A stretch of DNA of 47,664 nt from a virus (lineage: Duplodnaviria; Caudoviricetes): positions 1-47,664 of the IMG/VR virus record IMGVR_UViG_3300027571_000014. One strand, given 5' to 3'. The position numbers were made by a program, and so were the translations under genes. Shown here piece after piece: positions 8,366-18,300 of this stretch. Numbering within the stretch: position 1 is the stretch's first letter; every line of letters begins with the position of its first letter. The notes under the pieces were generated by a model. That model had not been told where the DNA came from and ran no database searches. It saw only the letters and a program-made list of their open reading frames with translations.

Positions 8366-11245
8366 ATGGATTATACAAGAACAACGGCTACCGAAGGCCC
8401 GATTAGAAATACAGGACCGTACGAAGCAATAATAGTTAACCATCTAGATCCGGCAATGCAAGGAACACTAGAAGTTGAACTTTTACGATATGGTAGTTCG
8501 AGTAGTATACCAGAAAGAAGTGGACAATTAGTAGTTGTAAAGTATTTGTCACCATTTTACGGTGTAACACCTTCAAAAGGTGTTAATGAAAATGACGGAT
8601 TTGAGAATACGCAGAAAAGCTACGGCTTTTGGGCAGTACCACCGGATGTTGGAACACGAGTATTAGTTATTTTTGCAGAAGGAGTAACATCATACGGTTA
8701 CTGGATAGGGTGCGTACAAGATAACAATATGAATATGATGGTACCGGGCAGCACACCGTCGACAACTTTGACAACTGAAGACACCCCTGCTGATTTAAAG
8801 GATAAGAAATTACCAGTTGGTGAATATAATAAAAAACTAGAAACAGGCGGAGCAGTAGATCCAAACTTTTTTAAAAAACCCTATAACAAGGATTTTGCCG
8901 AAGTGCTACAAGTACAAGGGTTGTTAGACGACGAAACCCGCGGAACAACTACATCAAGTGCAAGACGAGAAACACCGTCAATGGTATTTGGAATGAATAC
9001 ACCAGGACCGCTTGACAGACGTAAAAATCATCCAAAGTCAAAATACGGTTATGATGTAGGCGGTATAGATATTCCTTTTAATCGATTAGGCGGATCAAGT
9101 TTTGTAATGGATGACGGAGATCAGCGTTATTTACGGGTTACACACGCCGAAGATGGACCTCCGATTTATGTTAATAAAGTACGCAAAGAAGAAGGCGGTG
9201 ACGAAACTATACCTCAAAATGAAGCCGTGCGATTAAGGACTAGAACAGGACATCAAATTGTATTACATAATTCTGAAGACTTAATTTATATTGGAAACTC
9301 ACGAGGTACAGCGTGGATTGAATTAACGTCTGATGGTAAAATTGATATTCACGCTCAAGATAGTATAAGTGTTATGAGCGATACTGATATCAATTTTACT
9401 GCTGAAAGAGATTTAAATTTAGAAGCTGGACGAAACGTTAATATAAAGGCTTCTGCTAGATGGAGCGACGGCAAAGCATCTGAGCAAGGAATTGAAAGCG
9501 GCAGGGTTCAAGTTGAAAGTGCATTTAACACAAATACATTAGTTGGCGGCGAACAAAAAACTACAGTTGCACAATCAATACATCTAAAGTCAGGTGCTGA
9601 CATAGTATCACATGCTGATCAGACTATAAATCAAACAAGTGGATCTCACTTTTATAGTAAAGCAGGAGGCTCTTATCATGTAAATGCTGAACAATCGATT
9701 TATAATACAGCAGGTAGCAATATGTATAATAGTATTGCTGGTAGCTATCTATTAACTGCTGGAGGTTCGATTAATCTAAGAGCAGGAATAGACATATTAG
9801 CAAATGCAGTTAGAAATATAAATTGGACAGCTGGCACTAGTATTTTTAGTAGAACTATTATCGGTGATATACATAATACAGCAAAGGCTAACATTTATAA
9901 TAAAACACAAGATGGAGCAATACATAGTATTGCAGAAACTGATATTTTTAATCATAGTAAGACTGCAAATATTAATAATATTGCCGAAGTATCTATGTTT
10001 AATCAAGCAAAAACAGCTGATATAAATTCTAAAGCAGAAGGAAGTATTTTTTCTGAAAGTACTCGAAACATAGAAATAAAATCAGGACTTGGAACACATA
10101 TTACAAGTGGTGCAGAAACACACATTCAAGCAGGCGCTAATTTTGTGTCTACTGGCGCTGAAATACATTTTAATGGCCCAGCTGCAACATCTGCATCTGC
10201 TGCAACAGGTGCATCTGAAGGTGTTGATGCAAAATTACCAAGTAATGCTGCGGTAGCATTAGATGCTAATGAAGCAGCAGAACCGAAGTTAGTAAAACCG
10301 TTACCTTTGATTACGCTTCCGTATGTATTTCCAGGAGTAAAACAGCCTGTACCTTATCAATCGATTGTACCGAGAGCGCCACAACACGAACCTTGGTCAC
10401 ATCATGAAAATATGAATCCTTTAGGATTTAAAAGAGATCAAACAGATAGAGAAAATCCAGGTGCATTACAGAGTGCTGATAGATTTATATCACCGGATGC
10501 ATTCTTAAAAGGCAAAGTTGCCGCAGAGTCGTCAGTACGTGTCGTAGGATCAGGCGGTGACATTACAAGTGACACATTATATGATGATGATACTTCGGGT
10601 ACTGATTATATTAATGCAGACGGAGATAGACTTGTAGTAGGCTATGAAGATTCACAGGTCGATCCGGCGTTAGCAGCAGCAGCCGGATATAAGGAATATA
10701 AGTACGGAGATGATCCTAAAGACGGAACTAGGGTAAAATATGTACCAGGAATAGAAAATAAAAAACGTCCAAAAGCATTAGAACCAAGGATGCTAGATTT
10801 ATTAGAAAAAACTGCTTCTGAATGCGAAGTTGAAGTTTATATTACAAGTGCAGGGCATATGCCTTATAGTGATTGGCAAAAAAGTGCAGGTAAATCAAAA
10901 TCTGGAAAGAACTATTTTGTGAATGGACATTGTGTACGAACAGGATCAAAAAGACACGATTACGGAAGTGCCGCAGATTTATATATTCAAAAAGACGGAG
11001 CTACTATACAACTTGATACTGCGTTATATAATAAGTTTGTATATACCTTTGGAAAATTAGGCGGAAAAGGCGGCGGTGCAAGCCGCGGATATATGGGCAG
11101 TGAAGTTATGCATCTTGATATAGTTGGTACAGATAGAGGCGGCGGTGTATGTTGGTTGTCGTCGGCACAGTTTAAAGCAGCATTATTAAAAGGTATTGCT
11201 GATCAAGCTGCTCCGATTGATAGTGCATTTAAGGACAAATTTTAA
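8366..11245 (+). CDS. gp5: Baseplate central spike (gp5/VgrG-like) with long beta-helix region and C-terminal M15-family zinc peptidase
   Basis: OB-fold HLDP...GTLEVEL...SYGFWAVPPDVGTRVLVIF...YWIG; RLRTRTGHQIVLH; periodic beta-helix repeats; RAPQHEPW; C-terminal SKRHDYGSAAD...MHLD (H-x6-D...H zinc ligands). Confidence 0.85.
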   Translation: MDYTRTTATEGPIRNTGPYEAIIVNHLDPAMQGTLEVELLRYGSSSSIPERSGQLVVVKYLSPFYGVTPSKGVNENDGFENTQKSYGFWAVPPDVGTRVLVIFAEGVTSYGYWIGCVQDNNMNMMVPGSTPSTTLTTEDTPADLKDKKLPVGEYNKKLETGGAVDPNFFKKPYNKDFAEVLQVQGLLDDETRGTTTSSARRETPSMVFGMNTPGPLDRRKNHPKSKYGYDVGGIDIPFNRLGGSSFVMDDGDQRYLRVTHAEDGPPIYVNKVRKEEGGDETIPQNEAVRLRTRTGHQIVLHNSEDLIYIGNSRGTAWIELTSDGKIDIHAQDSISVMSDTDINFTAERDLNLEAGRNVNIKASARWSDGKASEQGIESGRVQVESAFNTNTLVGGEQKTTVAQSIHLKSGADIVSHADQTINQTSGSHFYSKAGGSYHVNAEQSIYNTAGSNMYNSIAGSYLLTAGGSINLRAGIDILANAVRNINWTAGTSIFSRTIIGDIHNTAKANIYNKTQDGAIHSIAETDIFNHSKTANINNIAEVSMFNQAKTADINSKAEGSIFSESTRNIEIKSGLGTHITSGAETHIQAGANFVSTGAEIHFNGPAATSASAATGASEGVDAKLPSNAAVALDANEAAEPKLVKPLPLITLPYVFPGVKQPVPYQSIVPRAPQHEPWSHHENMNPLGFKRDQTDRENPGALQSADRFISPDAFLKGKVAAESSVRVVGSGGDITSDTLYDDDTSGTDYINADGDRLVVGYEDSQVDPALAAAAGYKEYKYGDDPKDGTRVKYVPGIENKKRPKALEPRMLDLLEKTASECEVEVYITSAGHMPYSDWQKSAGKSKSGKNYFVNGHCVRTGSKRHDYGSAADLYIQKDGATIQLDTALYNKFVYTFGKLGGKGGGASRGYMGSEVMHLDIVGTDRGGGVCWLSSAQFKAALLKGIADQAAPIDSAFKDKF

Positions 11246-11248
11246 AGA

Positions 11249-11255
11249 ATAAATA
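11249..11255 (+). promoter_or_regulatory. Putative late promoter ATAAATA, 5 nt before the gp25 start
   Basis: gaATAAATAgtattATG in a 15-nt gap; no Shine-Dalgarno sequence. Confidence 0.72.
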
Positions 11256-11260
11256 GTATT

Positions 11261-11701
11261 ATGAGTACATTAGAAAAAAATTTATACAAACGAATAACAA
11301 TTGCAGCAAAACCTCAAAAAGAATCGGTTGGAAGTGCATACAGGGGGTTCTCAACAGTAAACAATAATGTTGAAGGATTTGCATTATATGACTTTGAACT
11401 TATTAAGCAAGATATTGTTAATCATTTTCACATTAGACAAGGTGAAAAATTAAGTGATCCAAAGTTTGGAACTATCATATGGGATATGTTGTTTGAGCCG
11501 TTTACAGATGATAATAAGGATGCAATAATACAAAATGTAACTGACATTGTAAACTTCGACCCAAGGGTTACTGTGCAGGAAGTTTTTGTTGATACTTACG
11601 ACAGCGGTATTGAAGTTAGTTGTTTATTAAGCTATCTTCCTTATAATATATCTGAACAATTATTATTTAAGTTTGATCAAGAAAGTGTCAAAATTGATTA
11701 A
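11261..11701 (+). CDS. gp25: Baseplate wedge subunit gp25 / GPW family
   Basis: LYDFELIKQDIVNHFHIRQGEKLSDPKFGTIIWDMLFEP...FDPRV motif; position between gp5 and gp6. Confidence 0.92.
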   Translation: MSTLEKNLYKRITIAAKPQKESVGSAYRGFSTVNNNVEGFALYDFELIKQDIVNHFHIRQGEKLSDPKFGTIIWDMLFEPFTDDNKDAIIQNVTDIVNFDPRVTVQEVFVDTYDSGIEVSCLLSYLPYNISEQLLFKFDQESVKID

Positions 11702-11722
11702 ACGCTAGTATAATATATCCTG

Positions 11723-11729
11723 ATAAATA
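11723..11729 (+). promoter_or_regulatory. Putative late promoter ATAAATA upstream of gp6
   Basis: tgATAAATAtc in the intergenic gap, followed by a TAAGGA RBS and the ATG at 11754. Confidence 0.72.
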
Positions 11730-11753
11730 TCAATAGTACATAAGGAATAATCA

Positions 11754-14700
11754 ATGTCATCAACCGATAGGCAATCACGAGTTATAGCAACTGAAGACTG
11801 GAAGAAAATTTATCAGTCGTATAGAAATGCAGACTTTCAAAGTTACGACTTTGATAATTTGCGTAGGACAATGATTAATTATCTGCGTCAAAATTATCCT
11901 GAAGATTTTAATGATTATATTGAAAGTTCTGAATATCTTGCACTTATTGACTTAATTGCATTTTTAGGACAAAATTTATCATTCAGAGTTGATTTAAATG
12001 CTAGAGAAAACTTTTTAGAAACAGCAGAGCGCAGAGAAAGCGTACTACGTCTTGCAAAATTAATTTCTTATAATCCAAGTAGAAACAAAGCAGCTAATGG
12101 CTTGCTAAAGTTTGAAACTGTTTCAACAACAGAATCTATTACTGATAGTACAGGTAAAGATCTTAAAAACTTTACAGTTTTGTGGAATGACAGAGCAAAC
12201 AGCAATTATTTTGAACAATTTATAAAAATTATTAATTCTGCATTGCCAACTGGATCAGGAGTAGGAACACCTAGCACATTTGCAAATATTGCAGGTGTAA
12301 ACACAGAACAATATCGCTTTAATGCACTAAACACTGATATTCCTGTTTACGGCTTTAATAAGTCTGTTGAAGGTGTTACAACACGATTTGAAATAGTAAG
12401 TACAGCAATTGTTAATGATGCAATACAAGAAGAAGCACCATTACCTGGCAATAGTCCGGCATTTATATATAGAGATGATGGACAAGGAGCTGGAAGTAAT
12501 AATACTGGCTTTTTTATGCACATTAGACAGGGTATATTAGAGAGCGCAAACTTTACTATTGACAATCCAATACCTAATCAAATTATTGCTATTGACGATA
12601 CTAATATTAATAATTCGGATATATGGCTATTTTCAGTTGACTCTAATGGATTTGAATCAAATGCTTGGACAAAAATAGATGCAGTCGAAGGCAACAATAT
12701 CATATATAATAGTATATTCCAAAATACTAAAGATGTATTTGCAGTAACTACCCGAGCTGATGATAGAATTAATCTTGTTTTTAGTGATGGTGTATTTGGA
12801 AACTTACCAGCAGGTAATTTTAGACTTTATTATCGAGTAAGCGATAATAGAAATATGATTGTAAACCCTAGTAGTTTACAATCAATATCATTTAAAATTC
12901 CATACCTTAGTAAAAATAACACACAAGAAGAATTAACAGTTGGATTTAGTTTAAAGTCAACAATATCAAATTCAAGACCTGCAGAAACAAATGCAGACAT
13001 TAAACAAAATGCACCAGCAACATATTATACACAAAATAGATTAATTACAGCAGAAGATTATAATGTTGGACCGTTAGGTATTGATCAAGATATTATTAAA
13101 ACAAAAACAGTAAATCGTGTATCGAGTGGAATAAGTAGATATTTTGATTTATCCGATGCAACTGGAAAGTATTCATCAACAAGTCTATTTGCTAATGACG
13201 GTATTATATATAAACAAGAGTACTTAGAAAAGTTTAAATTTTCATTTACTACCCAATCAGATATTGAAGGTATTATCTATAGTAAAGTTGAACCGAAAAT
13301 TGCTAGTAATTCTGTTAGAAATTTTTATAACGGAAACTTTAACAAACAAAATACAGTTGACTTAAACGCTGTATGGAGACAAGTAACTAAAAAAACTAAT
13401 CGTTCTACAGGGTATTTTGACCAAGTAATTGATCTAACAAGTATTTTAGCTGCAAATGGTGATACTACAACTACAAATGTTTATAGTGTAGGCACATTTA
13501 GTACAAATGCATTGCAATATATTAAAGTTGGAGCAATGTGTAAATTCGAAGCACCTGTAGGATATCATTTTATGGATAACGGAACATTAATGACAGGCGA
13601 TTCTGGTCATAGTGGATCTAGTTCGTATAAATGGTCTACAGTACAAAGTGTCGAATCCGACGGTACAATAATTAATGATGACGGTATTGGTCCAATAGTG
13701 TTTAATGACGTTATACCAGATGGGGCTATATTAACACAAGTTTTACCAAAGTATGCACGAGCACTTGAATCAGATATTAAAAAACAAGTTATTGATAGAG
13801 TGTTTGCATTTAAAGACTTTGGATTAAGATATGATCAAACTCTAAGTCAGTGGAAAGTTATTACTGCTGAAAATTTAAATACATATTCACCATTTAGCTT
13901 GCAGAGTCAAAACAGTAGTTTAAGACAAAATCAAGATAGTAGTTGGATTTTCTATTTTCAAACTGATGGAAAAGACTACAATGTGTCATATCGAAATTTA
14001 AGATATGTATTTGAAAGCCAAGATGAATTAAGATTCTTTTATGATAGTTCTGACAAAATATATGATTCTAAAACAGGCAAAGTGTTAACAGATAAAATAA
14101 CAATTTTAAACATTAATACTCAACCTAATAGTCAGCTTCCTTTTAATAAAGATTTTGACTGGAGTATTGCTGATGCATATAGAGATTCTGAAGGGTATAA
14201 TGATACTCGAAAAGTACAGTTAGCATTGTATGATCGCGACGATGACGGCACTGCTGATAACCCGGAAATTTTTACTGAAATTGTAGATGAAGAAAATACA
14301 AGTATTAATAATAGATTTATATTCCAAAAGAAATATAGTTCAGTAGACGGCGTTCAAGATTACAAATATTTTGATAATTCTACAAACATTATTAAAATTA
14401 AACAAAACGAGTCTGTTGATTTAGGAAATGTAATAACACCGAGTACTGAAGTAGACGGACAAGTATTTTATTTTGTAGATTTTGATTTATTTAAAGTTCT
14501 TAATAAATCTGAAAATAACATGACAGTTACAGACGAGTACAGAGCATACGTTGGTAGATCTGGACTTAAATTCCATTATCTACATGTAGCAGATTCTGAA
14601 TATAGAATTGATCCGTCAAGTAGTAATATTTTAGATACATATATTTTAACAAGAGATTATGATTCCGAAGTAAGAAAATATATTAACGGAGCAGTGACTA

Positions 14701-15344
14701 ATTTTCCATTACCGCCAAGTTCAGATGAATTGTATAGATCTTATGGTAATGAAATTTCTAAAATAAAAAGCATTAGTGACGAAGTAGTTTTTCATCCTGT
14801 AACTTATAAATTACTATTTGGAGAAAAGGCAGATCCGAGACTACAAGTAAATTTCAAGATTGTTAAAAACAAAGACATTGCAATCAATAATAATGAAATA
14901 AAAGAAAATATTATTAACTTAATTAATCAATTTTTTACTATTGAAAATTGGAATTTTGGTGATACTTTTTACTTCCAAGAACTTAGTGCGTATATTATAA
15001 ATTCATTAACACCTGCACTGTCAAGTATTGTAATCGTGCCTAAACAAGCAGATCAAACATTTGGTAGTTTATTTGAAATAAAGTCTGAGGCGAACGAAAT
15101 ATTTTTAAATGCAGCAACCGTACAAGACATAGAAATAATTGACGAGCATACAGCTACTAATTTACAAACTTTAGGAAATGTTATTACTAGTATCTCTACT
15201 AAATTAAGCGGAGTGCAAACTAGAACAGTAAACAATCCAACGACTCTTCCGAGTAGTAGTGCAGTAACATCGATAGTACAAGATAGCGGCGCTACAATAA
15301 TTAGAACAAACAGCAATAATAGCAGCGGAGATAATAATTACTAA
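11754..15344 (+). CDS. gp6: Baseplate wedge subunit gp6 (baseplate J-like)
   Basis: YDFDNLRRTMINYL...FNDYIESSEYLALIDLIA...ENFLETAERRESVLRLAKLISYNP; FSDGVFGNLP; ETNADIKQNAP...QNRLITAEDY. Confidence 0.9.
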   Translation: MSSTDRQSRVIATEDWKKIYQSYRNADFQSYDFDNLRRTMINYLRQNYPEDFNDYIESSEYLALIDLIAFLGQNLSFRVDLNARENFLETAERRESVLRLAKLISYNPSRNKAANGLLKFETVSTTESITDSTGKDLKNFTVLWNDRANSNYFEQFIKIINSALPTGSGVGTPSTFANIAGVNTEQYRFNALNTDIPVYGFNKSVEGVTTRFEIVSTAIVNDAIQEEAPLPGNSPAFIYRDDGQGAGSNNTGFFMHIRQGILESANFTIDNPIPNQIIAIDDTNINNSDIWLFSVDSNGFESNAWTKIDAVEGNNIIYNSIFQNTKDVFAVTTRADDRINLVFSDGVFGNLPAGNFRLYYRVSDNRNMIVNPSSLQSISFKIPYLSKNNTQEELTVGFSLKSTISNSRPAETNADIKQNAPATYYTQNRLITAEDYNVGPLGIDQDIIKTKTVNRVSSGISRYFDLSDATGKYSSTSLFANDGIIYKQEYLEKFKFSFTTQSDIEGIIYSKVEPKIASNSVRNFYNGNFNKQNTVDLNAVWRQVTKKTNRSTGYFDQVIDLTSILAANGDTTTTNVYSVGTFSTNALQYIKVGAMCKFEAPVGYHFMDNGTLMTGDSGHSGSSSYKWSTVQSVESDGTIINDDGIGPIVFNDVIPDGAILTQVLPKYARALESDIKKQVIDRVFAFKDFGLRYDQTLSQWKVITAENLNTYSPFSLQSQNSSLRQNQDSSWIFYFQTDGKDYNVSYRNLRYVFESQDELRFFYDSSDKIYDSKTGKVLTDKITILNINTQPNSQLPFNKDFDWSIADAYRDSEGYNDTRKVQLALYDRDDDGTADNPEIFTEIVDEENTSINNRFIFQKKYSSVDGVQDYKYFDNSTNIIKIKQNESVDLGNVITPSTEVDGQVFYFVDFDLFKVLNKSENNMTVTDEYRAYVGRSGLKFHYLHVADSEYRIDPSSSNILDTYILTRDYDSEVRKYINGAVTNFPLPPSSDELYRSYGNEISKIKSISDEVVFHPVTYKLLFGEKADPRLQVNFKIVKNKDIAINNNEIKENIINLINQFFTIENWNFGDTFYFQELSAYIINSLTPALSSIVIVPKQADQTFGSLFEIKSEANEIFLNAATVQDIEIIDEHTATNLQTLGNVITSISTKLSGVQTRTVNNPTTLPSSSAVTSIVQDSGATIIRTNSNNSSGDNNY

Positions 15345-18300
15345 TGGCAACAGAGCAAAGTGAATTTGGTTTACCGACTCCAGATGATGATAGTAGAAAA
15401 AGTGCAAGATTTCTTCCTAGATTTTTTAGATCCGAAGCAAACCTAAAGTTTTTACAAGCAACTATAGACCAGCTTATACAGCCCGGTGTTGCTGAAAAAC
15501 TAAGTGGCTATTATGGCAGAAAAACAGCAAAAGGCTTTAAAGCAACAGATACTTATATACCGGAGTATTCAGCAAATAGACAAAATTATCAATTAGAACC
15601 TACTGTTCTTATAAAAGATTCAATGTCTAATACTACCTTTTATAAAGACTATAACGATTATATTAATCAGCTAAACTTTTTTAATGTTAATACATCAAAT
15701 CATAGTGACATTAATTCACAAAGATCCTACTCTTGGAACCCTAATATTGACTGGGACAAGTTTGTAAATTTTAGAGAATATTATTGGTTACCTGATGGCC
15801 CTACAAGTGTTTTTGTACAAGGACAAGATGAAGTTGTACAGAGTACATATACAATTACAACCGAAGACCAGGGTGACAATGTTGCATATGTGTTTAATAA
15901 TAAGTTTGAAAGAAATCCTAATTTAAGACTGTTTAGAGGTCAACGTTATAGATTTGAAATTAATACTCCGGGATTTCCGTTAGCAATAGCAATTACAAAA
16001 TCTTATACTCCGGGTAACTCTGTAATTATAGCAACATCAGAAGGACTAAGATCAGATGGTCAATTTGATGCCGAAGTGTTTGGCGAAGTTTACGACGCGG
16101 GTGACTATATTATACTTCCTGAAGAAGGAGGTGTTACAATTGATGATCCACAAAACAGTAGTACACTATATCCTAACGGTATTAAAAAAATAGGTAAGGC
16201 AGGCGACGAAGTTGCAAATGCTTATATTGAAAAGGGTGTTATAGAATTCACAATTCCGTATAATGCACCAGATAGACTGTTTTATGTTAGTCAAAATAAT
16301 ATAGACACAAGTGGTGAATTTAGAATATACGATATTGAAGAAAATACGTTTTTAGATGTTGAGCAAGATATTATAGGTGCAAAGTATTATAAAAGTGCAA
16401 ACGGAGTAGAATTCACAAACGGACTAAAAGTTAGTTTTAGAGGAAATACTAGTCCTAAAAAATATGCAGATTCGTCATATTATGTCGAAGGAGTTGGTAC
16501 TGCTATTGAGTTAATACCGATTGACGATTTGCTATTACCATTAAGTTACAGTAATAACGAGGTTGTAGAATTTGACACAGAACAATTTGATAAAAAACCG
16601 TTCGCAACTTCTACCGGGTTCCCTCAAAATTCAGACTACATAACAATTAATCGTTCAAGTAATGACAGGAATAGTTGGACTAGATCAAATAGATGGTTTC
16701 ATAAGTCTGTATTAGAAGCAACAAACACATATAACAGCGTACAAGATTCAATAGACGAAACTCAAAAAGCATCAAGACCAATAATTGAGTTCGAATCAAA
16801 TCTTAAATTACATAATTACGGAACAGAGTTTAAACAAAATGTTGACTTAATTGACACATTTACTACTGATATATTTTCAGTAATCGAAGGGTCGTTGGGG
16901 TATAATGTTGACGGTGTTGAATTAGTACAAGGTATGCGTGTTCTATTTACTGCTGATACTGATATAAGAGTTAAAGGCAAAATATACGAAGTAAACTTTG
17001 TTCGCATTGTTAATGATAACATAATCAGTTTAATCGAACCTAGTGACACGTTACCGCTAGAGAATGAAAACGTGCTTGTAAAAGATGGTACAAAAAACAA
17101 AGGACGTTTTTACTACTTTACCGGCGCTGAGTGGAAACAAAGCCAAGAAAAAACAAAAATAAATCAACCACCATTATTTGATATATGTGGGAATGATGGA
17201 TTACAGTATTCTGATTTAACAGTATACGATAGTACAACTTTTAAGGGAACAAAGTTATTTTCTTATAAGCAAGGATCTGGTGTTTCTGATACAGTTTTAG
17301 GATTTCCATTAAGTTATAGAAACATTAATAATTCAGGTGATATTGTTTTTGATTTTAATTTAGAAAATGATACATTTACATACGAAGATGGAGATGTAGT
17401 AAAAACTAAATCGATTAATACAGGATTCTTAAAAAAGTATACAACACGTACTGATTATCGATATGTTAACGGTTGGAGCAGTATTCCGACTATAACAAAA
17501 CAAAAAGTTATTCGAGAATATACAAGTAATATATCTCAACAAAACGATTTTCAAATTGATGTATATAATAATGCCAGTAGTTTAAACGATGTCGAAGTTT
17601 CAGTTTTTGTTAATACTAATTTACGAACCGATTATCAATTAAATAGAATTAATTCTAAATTAATTGTTAGATTTGACAACGATTTAGCTATAGATGATTT
17701 TTTAGTAATTAAGACACACAGCCAGTCATCTAAAAATAATAATGGATATTACGAATTTCCAATTAATCTTGAGAGAAATCCAAGTAATTTGGATATTTCT
17801 AGTTTCACACTCGGAGAAGTATCAGATCATTTAAATTCTATGATAGAAGATATTCCAAATTATGCTGGAGAATTTCCAGGAAATAGTAATTTAAGAGATC
17901 TAGGAGATATTGATCAGTTTGGCAAGCGTTTTATTAAACATACTGGCCCGCTTAATTTACCTATATATTCTATTACTAATAAAGATTATAATATTGTAAG
18001 AGCAATAGAGCATGCAAATGCTGAATACAATAAATTTAAAAGAAACTTTTTTAACATTAGTTCGACACTAGGATTTGATGGAGAAATAAAACCGCATGTT
18101 GATGCAGTTTTAGATAATCTTAATAAAGATAAACTTAATACACAGTCTTTTTACTTCTCAGATATGTTAGGTTATAAAGGATCTAAAAAAATAGATTATA
18201 CTGTTTTTGATACAAGTAATCCTTATTACTCGTTAACTGAAGTATTTTCAATGGATACTCTAAGTTCAAAAGCAGTTAATGTTTATCATAATGGTAGACA

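Noticed and set aside
11662-11714. Extra sigma70 promoters near the gp25/gp6 junction (antisense TTGACA at 11691-11686; sense TATAAT at 11709-11714)
   Set aside because: Neither box has a good partner at 16-18 nt spacing; such hexamers are expected by chance in AT-rich DNA
11721-11732. Short palindrome TGATA-AA-TATCA as an operator or terminator
   Set aside because: Only 5-bp AT-rich arms, no U-tract, and not repeated at the other late motifs
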